Notes: generated by a model from the sequence alone, not told the origin. Shown: positions 23,187-37,335, numbered from the stretch's first letter. The stretch: DNA of 40,020 nucleotides from Octopus bimaculoides (GCF_001194135.2 NC_068981.1:51041006-51081025), one strand, 5' to 3'. Numbers and translations are program-made.

Positions 23187-24706
23187 TTGAGCGCGCGCGC
23201 GCGTTTGTGTGTGTGTGCGTGTGTGCGAGTGTATCTATGTAAGTATGTATATGTATGTGTGTTGGTTTCAACTGTCATTTGGTAATAGTGATACATACTC
23301 TACAAACGAAGATTATTTTTAAAAACGGATTTGCGTTGTAAAGTATTTCATATACCTGTATTTGACACAATACTTCTTGGTTCAATTTAATATACTTTGT
23401 GCAAAATACCTTTGCTCTAAATTTGCAGTACCTTCTTCCTTTGTATATATTTATGTCCGCTGGATAAGGGAGTAATGTAAGAGAACCGTTGTGCTTCTGA
23501 CGCAATTTGCGGTGGAAACATGTATATACGAAACACGAAATTCCTCTTGTCTCCAAACAATAAGTCTACCCGTTTTCTTAATGACATGTTAACTTTAGAG
23601 ATTCTTGATCCCTGACAATAACTCCCACCTTCCTTCTCATATTGAATCGGTCTTAATTTCCATTTTGTAACCATGACACATCCACTCGAGGTGGGGATAA
23701 TTTAAATAAATCAAGAATTTATATTGTATGATATTTAATATATCTGTATTTTTCTATATGTGCGTGCATGTGCGTGCGTGCGTGTGTGTGTATATGTGTA
23801 TGTGTGTGTATGTGTGTGTGTGTGTGTGTGTGTGTTAATCTGCATGCACGAACCCACCATATACACATAAATAGCATTAAATTTACAGATGTACTATTTG
23901 TACACTTTTTATAAGGATATCTATTCGAAACTAACTGAAGACAAGCTTAGAAAATAAGTTACTTCCTCCAATATATTTTTTTTTTATTGAATATATAAAT
24001 AGTACCGTGTTGCTTTAGAGCCGCCGTTTTTAGGAAAGCGTAACGTGACTTTGCAATGCAGCCGACCGAAACATCTGGAATATTTATTGATTAGAAAGTT
24101 ACAAAAAATGATGCAAAACAAACTGACTGAAGTTCAATGATGTTGCTCTGATATTTCGATCAATAACCTTGTATAAATCTGTGTTATTGTTCAGTATCTA
24201 ACAGATGATGAATATAACATTTCTATGCCTTCCAATCTTGTTGTCTCGTTGTTATGCAGTTGCTTCAGTGTTGCTTTTTGCGATGCTTATTATGAAGTGT
24301 TCAATGATGAAGATAATGTGGATTTTCCAACACATTTAAGTACATATACCAATTTCTTAATATAAATACACGCACACACACTCACACACATATATATATA
24401 TAAATGAGTGTGTACATAGTTAGATTGTACTTATATGTGTGCATACACACATACAGGCATATATATGTGTGTGTGCGCGAGAGTGTGTGTCAATATATAT
24501 ATATATATATGCATGTATGTATATATATATTTAAATATATATATACACACATATACTATATATATGTATATAAATATGTATAATATAAAGATATATATAT
24601 ATATAAATATATATATGTATGTAGTATATATATAGAGAGAGAGTGACACACACAGAGAAAGAGGGAGAGAGTAAGATAGAGAGATAGTGCATATATGTGC
24701 ATATAT

Positions 24707-24749
<43 letters not shown>

Positions 24750-25623
24750 AGGATATACATATATATATATCCGCATATTCATATATATATATACACACAT
24801 ATATATATANNNNNNNNNNNNNNNNNNNNNNNNNNNNNNNNNNNNNNNNNNNNNNNNNNNNNNNNNNNNNNNNNNNNNNNNNNNNNNNNNNNNNNNNNNN
24901 NNNNNNNNNNNNNNNNNNNNNNNNNNNNNNNNNNNNNNNNNNNNNNNNNNNNNNNNNNNNNNNNNNNNNNNNNNNNNNNNNNNNNNNNNNNNNNNNNNNN
25001 NNNNNNNNNNNNNNNNNNNNNNNNNNNNNNNNNNNNNNNNNNNNNNNNNNNNNNNNNNNNNNNNNNNNNNNNNNNNNNNNNNNNNNNNNNNNNNNNNNNN
25101 NNNNNNNNNNNNNNNNNNNNNNNNNNNNNNNNNNNNNNNNNNNNNNNNNNNNNNNNNNNNNNNNNNNNNNNNNNNNNNNNNNNNNNNNNNNNNNNNNNNN
25201 NNNNNNNNNNNNNNNNNNNNNNNNNNNNNNNNNNNNNNNNNNNNNNNNNNNNNNNNNNNNNNNNNNNNATACAAAGAAAAGTTTAAAATATAACTGATCA
25301 GAATTTTAATATTCTGATTTTCGAAAAAAAAAAAAAAATACTTGTTACTTAAACTCGGCCTTGATCTTAAATGCCAACTGACGACATTTAGATTTTCACA
25401 ATATTCTTTGAAAACCTTTCAATCATGGATTAAAGGGAAAATTCAGCAATGAAATTTAATTGAACGCTAAATTGATAGTTGCGTATCGTCATTATTTTGT
25501 CATTGTTATATTTGTTGTTGTTGCTGTTGCTGTTTTTATTTACTCTCAGCCAGGCCTAATCCTGCTGGCCTAATTTCAGATGCGCTTCCGCTGTAACCAT
25601 TTCATATATTTGTCTACGCAGAA

Positions 25624-25715
25624 GTAAATGTTTCAATATATTCTTTAACATGGATTGTAAATGTGTCAATATATTCTTTTACATGGATTGTAAATGTTTC
25701 AATATATTTTTTAAC
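25624..25715. repeat. 33-bp minisatellite, about 2.7 copies
   Basis: Unit GTAAATGTTTCAATATATTCTTTAACATGGATT starting at 25624, 25657 and 25690. Confidence 0.9.
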
Positions 25716-25920
25716 AATATATTCTTTAGTGATGACTAGGAATTCCTCATCACTTATACTTGTCGAACGACCGCAGAATCGTATTGATTGGCTCGTTTCC
25801 ATACAATTCGTTATAGTGTACCCAATCGCTCCAGTATTCGTACCATTAGGAGTTAACATGTGTTTCTCACTTGTTTTTGTATCAAGCAAATGGATTTCTA
25901 ATGCGCAGCCAATTTGTACT

Positions 25921-26110
25921 AGAGTCTTCTACTATAGCCTCAACCGACCAAAGCCTTGTGAATGGCCTTTGTAGACGGAAACTGAAAGAAACCCGACGTG
26001 CTTGTGTGTGTTGGGGGGGGGTGTAAGTGTCAGTGTCTGTTCCCCACCAACACTTGATAACTGGTGTACATTCCCGTAACATTGCGGTTCGGCATAACGG
26101 ATGATAGAGT
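25921..26110 (+). mobile_element. SINE family B, central part
   Basis: Overlaps the head copy at 9180-9214 at its 5' end and the tail copy at 34827-34880 at its 3' end. Confidence 0.7.
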
Positions 26111-26692
26111 CTCGGCAACTGATGCAGAGATCATCGCCACAGCAGATCTGTTAAGTTTCGACGTCGTCATCCACGCAAATTTCGGTGACTCCATGGATTG
26201 TTTGATCTATCCCGCAAACTTCTATCTGCAGTCAACAAAATAGCATGCATGCATTTTATCTTGAAAACAAGTATGATCATTTTGATGTTGTTATCAGTGT
26301 CTAACTTTGAATATTTATACTGTAGCGAGGACTTGCTAGTCTTAGAAGTTGAAGTTTCAGGATTTTATAACTTTTATTATATTATGAACAGTAAAACTAA
26401 TTGAGCATTATATTAAAATTGCATTATAAAGTTTTGGGTAGGTTTTTTTTTATTGTGTAAAGTGTAAACAATACTGAGAAATATGGTAATCATTTTTGTT
26501 CTTTGTGGAAGTCTAATATTTTTACTGATGAAAGTTTTTTCTGATTGAAGTAATAAAAGTCTATGTCTTTAGAGTTTTAAGACTTAAGTCAGCTTTCTCA
26601 CTAAACTTAACAGACAAAGCTGACAAACCCCAATAAAATGTTGAAAAATTAAGTAATTCTTGTGTATATCACCAAACACTCGTGATATCATG

Positions 26693-26856
26693 GGGATATA
26701 ATCTGGCCTGAGGGATGTGAATTGACTAAAGGCAATTTCTACCCCGGAGTATAAATTGGCCTGGTCCATAATTTACCTGGGATATAATCTAGCCTTGGCC
26801 CCTTTAACTCCAGTTATAGTCCGGACTGGGGGTATATTATGGCCTGTTACATCGGG
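26693..26856. repeat. Array of four 16-nt motifs ending in GGCCTGTTACATCGG; possible MITE end
   Basis: GGGATATAATCTGGCC (26693), GGAGTATAAATTGGCC (26746), GGGATATAATCTAGCC (26779), GGGGTATATTATGGCC (26829). Confidence 0.6.
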
Positions 26857-26880
26857 TTTTAAAACATATAAAAAACAATA

Positions 26881-26960
26881 ATAAGTACTATGGTCGATCT
26901 TTTCGATTAAATTTCTTCAGGACGGTGTCCCAACGTATCCGCAGTCTGATGACTCAAATA
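26881..26960 (+). mobile_element. SINE family B, degenerate 3' fragment
   Basis: ATAAGTACT...GGTCGAT...CGGTGTCCCAACGTATCCGCAGTC..ATGACT resembles 34881-34970. Confidence 0.45.
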
Positions 26961-27057
26961 TTATACGTCAAGCTTTGATATAAATGTAAGCAGTTTTGCT
27001 TTATGTATCCGCTTCGATGTAATCTGCAGGGACTCCTTAATTTACCTTGATCGGCCA

Positions 27058-27688
27058 GACCTCAACATACTCATTTGTTTAATTAAACGACAACTGCATC
27101 GAAATTCCTTATAAATGATCCTAGAATTACTATTGGCAGTGCTGTCCAACTTCGCTGACAAATTAATCTAAACAAATATAAAACGAAAATACTAACAAAA
27201 CAATAACTGTGAAAATAAAATCTGAAATGCTCCATGATTTCTGCTAATCTATCTACTTATAAGAAGTAAATAATATCAATATATACTCAATATATATGAG
27301 TATTGAAAAAAATCAATCTAATACACAGTTTTCTAACGCAACTCGACGTGGTTGGTTCTCCATAGTGGTTCACCCTGTTCCACTAAAGTTTCAATGACCT
27401 CAACATACACATTTTTTAATCAAACATCAACTGCATCCAAATTCCCAGTGCTGGCAAATTAATCTAAACAAATAGGAAATGAAAATACTGACAAAGGCAA
27501 TAACTGAAAATTGAAATCTGAAAGGCTCCATGTTACCTGCCAATCTATCTACTTATAAGAAGTAAATAATATCAATATACGCTCAATATATATGAGTATT
27601 GAAGAAATCAATTTAATACAGTTTTCTAATGCAACTCAACGTGGTTGCTTCTGCAAAGTGATTCACCCTGATTCACTAATGTTTCAAG
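27058..27688. repeat. Two-copy tandem duplication (338 bp and 293 bp)
   Basis: Copy 1 at 27058-27395 and copy 2 at 27396-27688 both start GACCTCAACATAC and share long identical blocks such as AATCTATCTACTTATAAGAAGTAAATAATATCAATATA. Confidence 0.93.
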
Positions 27689-30600
27689 GAACATGGGATC
27701 ATTGGGGACTTAGATTCAATTTCATAAATGAAAAAACCGCAGACTTTTGTATTGGGTTACTTATCCGAAGTTAACTTTTCTAACAATAATAATCTGAGGG
27801 ATAGTTGAAACTTGCTTGAATTAGCTAAATAATTGGGAGAAGTCTTTAATTTTGATTCGAACATCTGATATTAAAACATTCATGACACGAAGAGAAACCT
27901 ATCAAATAATGTCATCGAAAAATATGTAAATAGGATATTTAAATGAATTTTGCTATTAGTTTGACTGTGTTAACAGGAATTGAACAATTTTATGTACACA
28001 CTATTCTCGCGTGTAGGAAAGAACTATTTATACTAGCATTGAGCTTCGTTTAAAATCTAAATAATGTAAACTCTCCTAGAAATAAGTTCTATTAGGGTTA
28101 AAAGCAAACTTTAGCCGAAAGCAATGAATTATACTGTAAGAAAAGTGAAAGTAACATATTTAACATGCGTGTAAAAGAATAAATAAATAAAAAGCAGAGA
28201 AATATCAATCTTATAAATTGTTCTATCTAACAAATATAGAAAAATAATGGCAAAAACGTCACTTATGATTAAAAGAAATATGCCTCGCATTTAAATAAAT
28301 CACTAAATATATCATAATGCTTGAAGTAATGTTTCTCCACCCTAAAATAGCTACGTAAAGCACTTTACTGTATGGGAAGACAGAATTAACGGATTCACCC
28401 TTTTACATGTGTATATCGCTAAAAGCTAAATAATGAAAACAAATGGCGAACGGATGCAGGATATAAAACAAGAACATTCTGGATATCATAAGAAAAAATG
28501 GAAATATTTTAGTAGCTTATTTTTCAAAAGATAAATAATATTTAACGTCATAAAAAAAGCAATGGAGAAGTTGCATTCGAAATAATGATAAATTTTAGAA
28601 TATACAAGAAGACTTTCGTTCACACATATGCACACATATATACAAGGACATACATACATACGAACTCCTATATATTTATATAAGGGTAAAGTAGATTTGC
28701 GTCCTATAAGAAATACTATACATAAACATTACGGTATAAAAGGCAGTCTTCTAGAACAACTAATGTACGTATGTTTTGTACGTTTTCTCTAATGTTACAC
28801 GACGAACGGAAACTGCACTTTATTGATAATGTACAATTTTTATCATCATATGTTTTTGTGATTTAATAAAATTAAGTAAGACGAAACAGCATTATATTAA
28901 GAGCAAATTTATTTCTCCGCAAAAAGTACTAAACTGCATGCACAGAAAAATTTTAGGCAAAATTTTAAATGAGTAATAACGTCATCATCGACTTCAATTG
29001 AAAATAATCCTAATAAGAGATCATTATGAATTATAACGTTGTGTTTAACCACTGAAAGTGATGGCGTTAATGCGTTGCCATACAGTTTCACAAAAAATGC
29101 GATTTATCATCTTTCAAATCCAATCTATGACTACTTTTTTACTGATAAATATATTCCAGGAACGATGAAATTTAAATTCTTGGAAGGTCAAATAAAATAA
29201 ATCATCTGTCATCTGCTATGCTTCATGAAAACGAACGTTCATGCGTCCGAAATACAACCACCTCAGACCACTATTTTAAGTGGGTGTGTTTGTGTTGCTG
29301 CGAATACCTATCAAGATGCATTAAGAATCGAACCCCAAAGGTTTGAGATGTTCAGTTTGCCTTTGGTAAGCCTGCAAAGACTACAATTTTCTGATAAACT
29401 AAAATAAGTGACTAGACTAAATAAGTAATTGGCTTGTTTTGACTGCAACACCTAATTGATCAACTGCAAATTTGAGCTAAACTTTCAGTACTCTAACAGG
29501 CATTGCAACCAAATTTTCCTCCCCGCAATTTTTCACACGTACTCCAGATTTGTATTTTAGAGCGAGGTGGTGGTGAATAGAACGGTGTTTTTATATGTAT
29601 GAAACTGTATTTGGCAGCTAGCGGCAGTTGCTAATCTTCAGCCTCCAACGCATCATAGAAGAAAAATATAGATTCTTCAAAATAGATTCTGGAGATTAGA
29701 GTGAAATAAATCAACTCATAAATCCATGAATCCCTCCGTCATTAAAGTGAACTGGTCTGTCAATGACTGGAGATTACAAATAGAAACTGAGATCGGTATT
29801 ATTCAGCAACTATAAGCTCACCGCTTTCAACCAAGGAGGAGTCTGTTAATATCTAGAAACCTTTGATCTACGCTTGGAAAGACTCGCTTCAGGCTTTTTG
29901 ACAGAGTAGACTATAATGTGTTTGCACAGACCAATACAGGAGTGGCAACTTCGGCTGCAATGAATATATTTGGAGACACAGTCGTATAATTTTATTCTAA
30001 TGTTTTATCAGTGAGTCTCTACTTCTTTTCTTCCACTAATAAGCAAAAATCTATTTCCAGTCTCCGTTGGAAGTGACCACCAGCTATGTCCTCTCACCAT
30101 TGAATATTCATCTATACGAAATTTATGACTTTGTGGCTGATATCTTGGAAATGAATATTCTGTTGCCTCTGTGTGTTCTCTCTCGTAACCTGTTCCATAT
30201 GCAGCAATTATTTCAAAATCCTATTTTCTGACATGCGACGTGGGTTGGTCAACCGTCAGCAATTTTGTGAAAGTAGGTTTTAAATTTTTGATACTTGTTC
30301 GTGAAGTAGGGCTCCAGTAACGGCGACTGAGTTTACATAATTACCAAGGCCAGCCTAAGGATATATATGAGGAAGAAAGGTCGTGATGCCGATTTTGACT
30401 GGAGTAGATACTGCTGCTCTCACAGCTATGTTGCAGTGCCTGGAAAAGGCAAACCCTGTAAACATTAATATAGGGAATAATATGCACTATTTGCATATTA
30501 TCATCTACCCCCCCCCTGCTTTCAGCTTAGTGTTGAGGCTGTCCTTGCAACACGCCTGTTGATTATAATTTTTAATTTTTAGTGAAATCTTGTTCTTGGT

Positions 30601-31985
30601 GATAAACCCGAGATATGTCAATACTTAAACTATCTCCAGCTTTCAGTTACCGATGAAAATGGTAGATGAGTGCTCAGCAATTTCGTTCAGCGCTTTCGAC
30701 TTTACTAGGTTAATGGCCAAACGGAAGTTTTGGCAATCTCTTAAGCAAGACAGCTTACAAAGTAAATAAGCTGGGAAGTGTTAGTAGGATCAAGTTTACA
30801 CGACGAAAATTCAATGTTATGCAACTTAAACAACCGATAACATTCAACTCTTAATTCTGGTCTTCTCACACGCATTAACCTCTAAATCTCATGAAGATGC
30901 TTACAGATTGAGAGAAGATAGGTGCTGGTGCTTTAAAACTAGTTGTTCGAATAGACAGAATACATACATGTTTATGTATATTTGCATATGAATATATATG
31001 TATGTATGATTATGTGTATGATCAAACAGACTCCTAAGAGATTTGTCTCTGCGTCGGCAAGACTTATGCTGTATAGTAAAATCGATAAAATGAACGTGCC
31101 GTGACGAAGGAAGAATAAAACATTTTGGACAGAGTTCTTCAGGAAAAGAGAGAAATTAATGAGTGACAACAGAGTTTTGCATCCCCTCTGTTAAAAAAAT
31201 AAATAAATATTTCAGAAAGATGTTATGCAATATTGCAAGGGATTATGTAGGTGGTGCTTCCGATTCTGCCAATACAACACACGAATGTTTGTATGAAAAA
31301 GCGTAAACAGTTTCTTTTTCGATATGGCTTTCATCTATATAATTTCTATGATAATACGTTGGCAATGTGTTTAATAATGATGACTAACGTATAAATCACA
31401 ATACACCAAAACTCTAATCATATATTTGATCGTAATAAAATGTAAATAAATTGTATTACTCATGTCTTTAATTTTTTACATTTTTTCATTGGTAATTCTT
31501 CATGCTATTGGCAACTTGTATGGATGATCGATTACCAATATGTGTTTATAGAAAAGAAATACGAAATTCCTCGGTTCGATTTTTAGTCCAAGCTACTCAG
31601 AGCACTGTAGTTTAAAAACGTGCCTAATTTTGGCAGTAAGCTAACGAATACAATTTATCAAGCATGGGATATCATTTTGCAAACGTATTGATCGATCAAC
31701 GAAACTACCTGCCCGTTGGTCTAACGTGTACGTGGCTGAGTATTCAGAAGTGGCATATACTCTTAATGAAATTCTCAGCGATAGAATCAGCGTGACATAA
31801 GTTGTTAGAAGTCTATGTCCTGTGATTTATAGGCACAATTACTCTGGTGGGCCGTTTAAATGCATTAACACGATATGGGTCAAGCCAAGGCTATAGAATT
31901 GTCACTAGTCCAACATGTTATGCAAATGAATCGTTCTTCTTAATCATATTTCATACACACACAAACACACTCACACACACACGTA

Positions 31986-32033
31986 TATTTACACCACCTG
32001 TCCTCGTCTTTTGTTGTTTTTTCGTATATTCTC

Positions 32034-32035
<2 letters not shown>
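31986..32035 (+). repeat. Fragment of the dispersed repeat seen at 2255-2405
   Basis: 23-nt identity to 2356-2378 plus a shared GTATATTCTCC downstream. Confidence 0.75.
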
Positions 32036-32093
<58 letters not shown>

Positions 32094-33573
32094 GGGGGGG
32101 GTGTATATACATACATACATACATACATATATAACATTCAGGAATACATGCATAATTATTTAAGTTCTCACATTCTTAAGTAGCATCACCGATACCTTTC
32201 ATTTTTTTCCGTTCTGCATTCTAATCTTACTGAGGTCGTATTACTTTTTCATATCGCTACGTAAGATTAAATAAGTACTATTCGCATTTGGGGATAGATT
32301 TCATCGATTATTCCTTTACCAACATAGCTTTGGACTTGTGAGAATGTAACAAATCAATATTTGATTTCTCTGACCGTGAATGCCGTATAGAAAAACATGT
32401 TTCCGTTGAGGCGAGACCTTGATCAGTTTTCGATTATCATTCGAAACGAATTAACATTACCTTTCACTGATAGTGCCTTTGCCAATGGCATGAAAGAAAA
32501 CACGCCCCATTTACTCTATAAAATATAGGGACTATGTGCTTAATCCAATGGAATCAATATTTGATTTCACCATCCGCTTGCTCATCATTTTATGAGCCAA
32601 AGAAGGAAACCCTACGTTTTCGTTAGCATTGGAAGAAGTAGAACCCAACATCGTTTAGCTCACATCCTCGGAGTTTAAAAAAAAAAAAAAAAAAAAACTT
32701 GCATTAGGTCTTGTAACACAAGATACACTGTATCTAAACAGAAAGAAGGAAAAGATAGCTTGGTCACAAATGATTAGAAATGACCTGGGTTAAGCCACTA
32801 CAGAATTATGATCATAAATTTTAGGTAGATATTATAGCAAAACTTCAACTGAATGCATACACTTTGTCAAAACTCTCCGACATTTACAATAAAAATGCTA
32901 TTCAATTTCATAATCTTAGAGCTGAAAACCTCGGCATATTTACCAGCTGAAACAGATCCACACCGACTACACCTGTATGGTTCTATACGCCACCCCTAAA
33001 AATTATTACTGTCGAAAGCAACATATGCCAGTATTTTTGCTGTCCTAATCAATTTCTAGAATTGGTGCTAAAGATAATTATATAGAAATGGTAATTTAAA
33101 TGATAATTATAATGGTTGATCTACAATAGTTTCTGCAGCTAGTATTACAATGATACACATGTGCTGAGGAAATTTTAATTTAGTCATGTTGTTGAATATA
33201 TGCATGTAGGTCATGAATTATAAAGTTCCCTTGTTGATACTACTGAATGCAAGATTTTCACATATTTAACTAAAAATATTTGGTAATTCATATTTGCAAA
33301 AAGCCTCAATGAAAATAATATATTTTATTAATTATGTTCAATAAGTGGCATTCTTAATTACGAAGTACCTGTTGTACTAATTAATTAGACATGTAATTAA
33401 GGCATTCAGTAATTGATAATACTAGAGTAATTATTATCATATAAGAAAATACTGGTAATTAAATAGTACTATGGAGACATCGATTGGAAATATTCGACGA
33501 TTTGCTGAAGTAAATATTTAGATATACATATATATATATTATGTGTGCGTGTGTGTGTATGCATGTATGCACG

Positions 33574-33574
<1 letters not shown>

Positions 33575-33665
<91 letters not shown>
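33575..33665. repeat. (TA)n microsatellite
   Basis: Direct reading. Confidence 0.97.
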
Positions 33666-33671
<6 letters not shown>

Positions 33672-34009
33672 ACACGTATCTGTATGTATGTGTGAGTGTC
33701 TGTGTATATACATTGTCAATGTTGACGACAAATGTCTTTATATTATATGCATTGAAAGAATTAAAATGTACAGATATAAGATATAGGAATATGTGTATGT
33801 GTATACTTGTGGGAGTGGTAGTGTTGTCGGGGATTGTGTGTACAGGCGTCGTTTGTGCGTATACAATAGTAATTTAAGAAAATATGACAATGTGAGTGAT
33901 ATACTTCGATGTTAACGTTTTTAATATTTGATCATTAGGTGAGTTACTGAGTCGACATGGAATTTTTCTATCTTATCTCAGATTCTGGATCAGATCGCCT
34001 TTAATCTTG

Positions 34010-34700
34010 TAGTTTACACAATCCAACAAAAGTGGAGAATGATTTTAATTGTACAACGCATTATCAGTCTTTTAATTCTGACGTTAGATTTCATATAAGA
34101 AGCAGAAAATATTTTGAATGAGATGTCTGGTATGATTGTGCTAGTAGAATGTGGCATTCAATGATTAGTCTTGTGATTTTATTCATTATATTTTTTCGGG
34201 TGTCTTGGTTCTTCCTTGTAGTAGGTTTGGTTTGTTAATATTTCCAATATTTCATCTTTATAATAGTCCTTGTCCATGATTACTATCACCCCTCACTAAT
34301 CCGTTTCTTTTAAGATGATTGAGTTTTTATCCTTCAGTGTTTGTAAGGCTTCCTTTTTTCTTCACGAAGTTCTTGCTTGCATCTGTGGGTATTTACGGGA
34401 AACTTTGAAATCGTGTCTATATACGCGTCTAAATAGTTGTCCTTTCCTTTGTAGTGGGTGAAGTGGGATTTATTTCTGACTATTGATCATCATTTATGTC
34501 CTTACTGTTGAAGAATTCTATACGTCAGAAGTGGCGGTTGAGCTATTCAATATCAGATTTCAGTTCAATGAGAATAAGGGTGTCGGAGTAAACTTGAAAC
34601 CTTTTGATAGGAGTTTCATCTCATTCTTGTTGAGGTTTCTCTTTGACAAATTGATGATATTAGGGTACATACGTTCTGTGTGTTCATTTAAATTTAGTGT
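34010..34700 (-). mobile_element. PLE reverse transcriptase N-terminal remnant
   Basis: PNIINLSKRNLNKNEMKLLSKGFKFTPTP ... ALQTLKDKNSIILKETD**GVIVIMDKDYYKDEILEIL; matches the PLE motifs NLS..L...E..LL.KG..F.PTP and IIK.ADKG..VVMD. Confidence 0.85.
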
Positions 34701-34821
34701 TTTATCGCGTCTGGTGGGTGATTTTGGTATCTTCTCCCTAAAACAGGAATTCTGTTACCTGTTTTCAGGGTTCTGGTTCCCATGTAGGCGGGAAGATGGT
34801 TCATGTCTTTTATACGAATTC

Positions 34822-35000
34822 TGTTGGTTGGTGTGTTTACGTCCCCGTCACTTATAGATTCAGCAAAAAGTGACCGATAGAATAAGTACTAGGCTTACAA
34901 AGAATAGGTCCTGAGATCGATTTGTTTGACTAAAGTCGGTGCTCCAGCATGGCCGGATTCTAAGGACTGAAACAAGTAAATGAATAACAGAATAAAGAAT
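34822..35000 (+). mobile_element. SINE family B, 3' part
   Basis: Overlaps 26060-26110; its reverse complement resembles 37171-37335. Confidence 0.7.
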
Positions 35001-36512
35001 ATATATAGGAATTTATGCAAGGAGACGGAATAAGCAGGGGTCTTTATTTACTTATGAATGTACGTGTGCATGTTTAGACATATGCATTTATTATGAAAGC
35101 AATAATAATATCGGAACTTATACCTACATTTAATGTACATTATACACACGTCGCAATTGCAAATCTGATAACGTTGAATACTAACGATCTCATAGTGTAG
35201 TTCTGACGGTGAAAATCTATGTAAATATAAGGTGCCCATTGCAAAAAAGTTGGAAGATAAAATAACACTCAGGTTCTGAAAATGAGGAAGGGAGGCATGA
35301 AAATTTGGGGATATAGGAAAAGTAGGGTGCATTAGCGTTGCCAACAGACAGTGAAGGGATTGGATTGCCAGGGATGTCTGAGTAATACGTAATAAAGAAG
35401 AAAGAAGATCATATGTAAGAGGAATTCGAAACTGTCCTCAAATAAAGGGATTATCGAGGCTGCAGTCCCCTATTCACAACGTGGCTTTGGTATCTATCTG
35501 GTTTAAGAACCGCATAATTTTTATGCCGGTACCTAACACCCACGAAGAAAACGCTACAGTAAGACCATTTGATTTGGCCCGACCTTCTCACGCAATGTCC
35601 AAACCTGCGTGTGAAGGATCTTCTTTAGTTTAGTGAATAAGCATTTCACGAAATCCCATAGGTATGGACGATTATTTAATAGACACAATTGAAGGGTTTT
35701 GTTTAGCTCTGCACCTAGAGTAAAAAAAAGGATTTTAGTGAAAGGTCCTAAACTTTGTACAGAGGCATGATGTTCATATAGGTTTAACAGTGCATGCCCA
35801 GTAGATAGTCGACGTAAATCCGACGTTGTAGTCTACGAGGTAGAGCTGGTACTCCTCAGTAACAGCGGCAACGACAGCGACAACAACAGCAACACCATCA
35901 ACGTAAGTACAAAGGCACGGAAATATGTTTGGCAACGGTGGATCTCTTTAAGAGATTACATAACCACAGGTCTTATTTTAGGGTCCTAGAGAGGCGCAAC
36001 GTTACGTGTGTAGCCAACTACATATGGTTCTTGAAATAAGATTGAATGTGTCATAGAGGATTAAATAGACGCTCCTTGATCTGATTACCTTAAATTCCAA
36101 AAGGGAAATCGTTAGGTGGTGCCCTCATGACAGCAAATTTGCGTTAGAAACATGAAATTCTCCGCTTGATGACTAGTGAACGGGAATTGTTCATGAGCTG
36201 ACCCTTTTCCGATACAACTGGAACCGTTCAAAGGGAGCTAACTCCATCTCATCCAGATAACATCCTCTCGCCCACAAAAAAATTCTTGTTACGGAGAATT
36301 ATATTTCAGGCATATTTTTCTCAACGTTGTTAACCAAGACTCTATCCTATCTCCTTTACTAGAGAAGCTTAAGATCCTCCAGCTAGCAGGTCTTATGAGT
36401 TACCTAGGTTGGTAAGAGATGATAAAAGTGAAACCAATGATTTCATTCTGACTGGGCATAGCAAAATACTATGTAAAATAATATTGTATGCGTACGTATT
36501 TATCTGTATGTA

Positions 36513-36514
<2 letters not shown>

Positions 36515-36588
<74 letters not shown>

Positions 36589-36589
36589 C

Positions 36590-36671
<82 letters not shown>

Positions 36672-36686
36672 ATATATATATATATA
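36515..36686. repeat. (TCTA)n then (TA)n microsatellite
   Basis: Direct reading. Confidence 0.96.
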
Positions 36687-37170
36687 NNNNNNNNNNNNNN
36701 NNNNNNNNNNNNNNNNNNNNNNNNNNNNNNNNNNNNNNNNNNNNNNNNNNNNNNNNNNNNNNNNNNNNNNNNNNNNNNNNNNNNNNNNNNNNNNNNNNNN
36801 NNNNNNNNNNNNNNNNNNNNNNNNNNNNNNNNNNNNNNNNNNNNNNNNNNNNNNNNNNNNNNNNNNNNNNNNNNTATATATAAAACAAATAATAAATGAG
36901 TATATATCGATATATATCGTTGTTATTATGCAAAAGTGTCATAAGTCCAAAACGTTGCTTTTTCAGAAAACGAAAAATAGTTTCACCATTCGAAAGCAAA
37001 ATATTTGTATTACACTTTGACAATTTTTGGTATCTTAGCATCTGAAGCAGCTGGAGATAAAATAGTTTGACCAAAAGAATAGGCTATTGCAAGCAAAAAT
37101 ATACAATGAAAAAAAAAAAAAACGCATTTGACCAAATTTGGACACACGGTATTTTAATATAATGTATTAT

Positions 37171-37335
37171 TTTATTCTTTGACAGCAGCCATGCTTGAGC
37201 ACTATCTTAAAGGGTCTAATATTTAATTTATCTGTGTCTTTTTCCGAACCAGTACGTTGCGTGGACGTAAACACGCCAACATTGTTTGTCAAGCAATGGT
37301 GCAGGGACAAGCAAGGATACAAAGACACACACATA
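37171..37335 (-). mobile_element. SINE family B, 3' part, inverted and internally deleted
   Basis: GCCATGCTTGAGCAC and GGACGTAAACACGCCAAC are reverse complements of motifs in 34822-35000. Confidence 0.65.

Noticed and set aside
23560-23690. KEGG-containing minus-strand peptide as a LINE remnant
   Set aside because: A single short motif without flanking support.
24120-24330. Several ATGATG(A) words suggesting C/D box snoRNAs
   Set aside because: No D box (CTGA) at a suitable distance and no terminal stem.
26693-26856. Repeat-spacer pattern as a CRISPR array
   Set aside because: Short degenerate repeats, irregular spacers, eukaryotic context and no cas genes.
29400-30470. Moderately GC-rich segment that may be an old LINE
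   Set aside because: No RT or endonuclease motif could be recovered by manual translation.
35300-36400. Possible CR1/L2-like remnant
   Set aside because: No YADD or other diagnostic motif recognisable; left unannotated.
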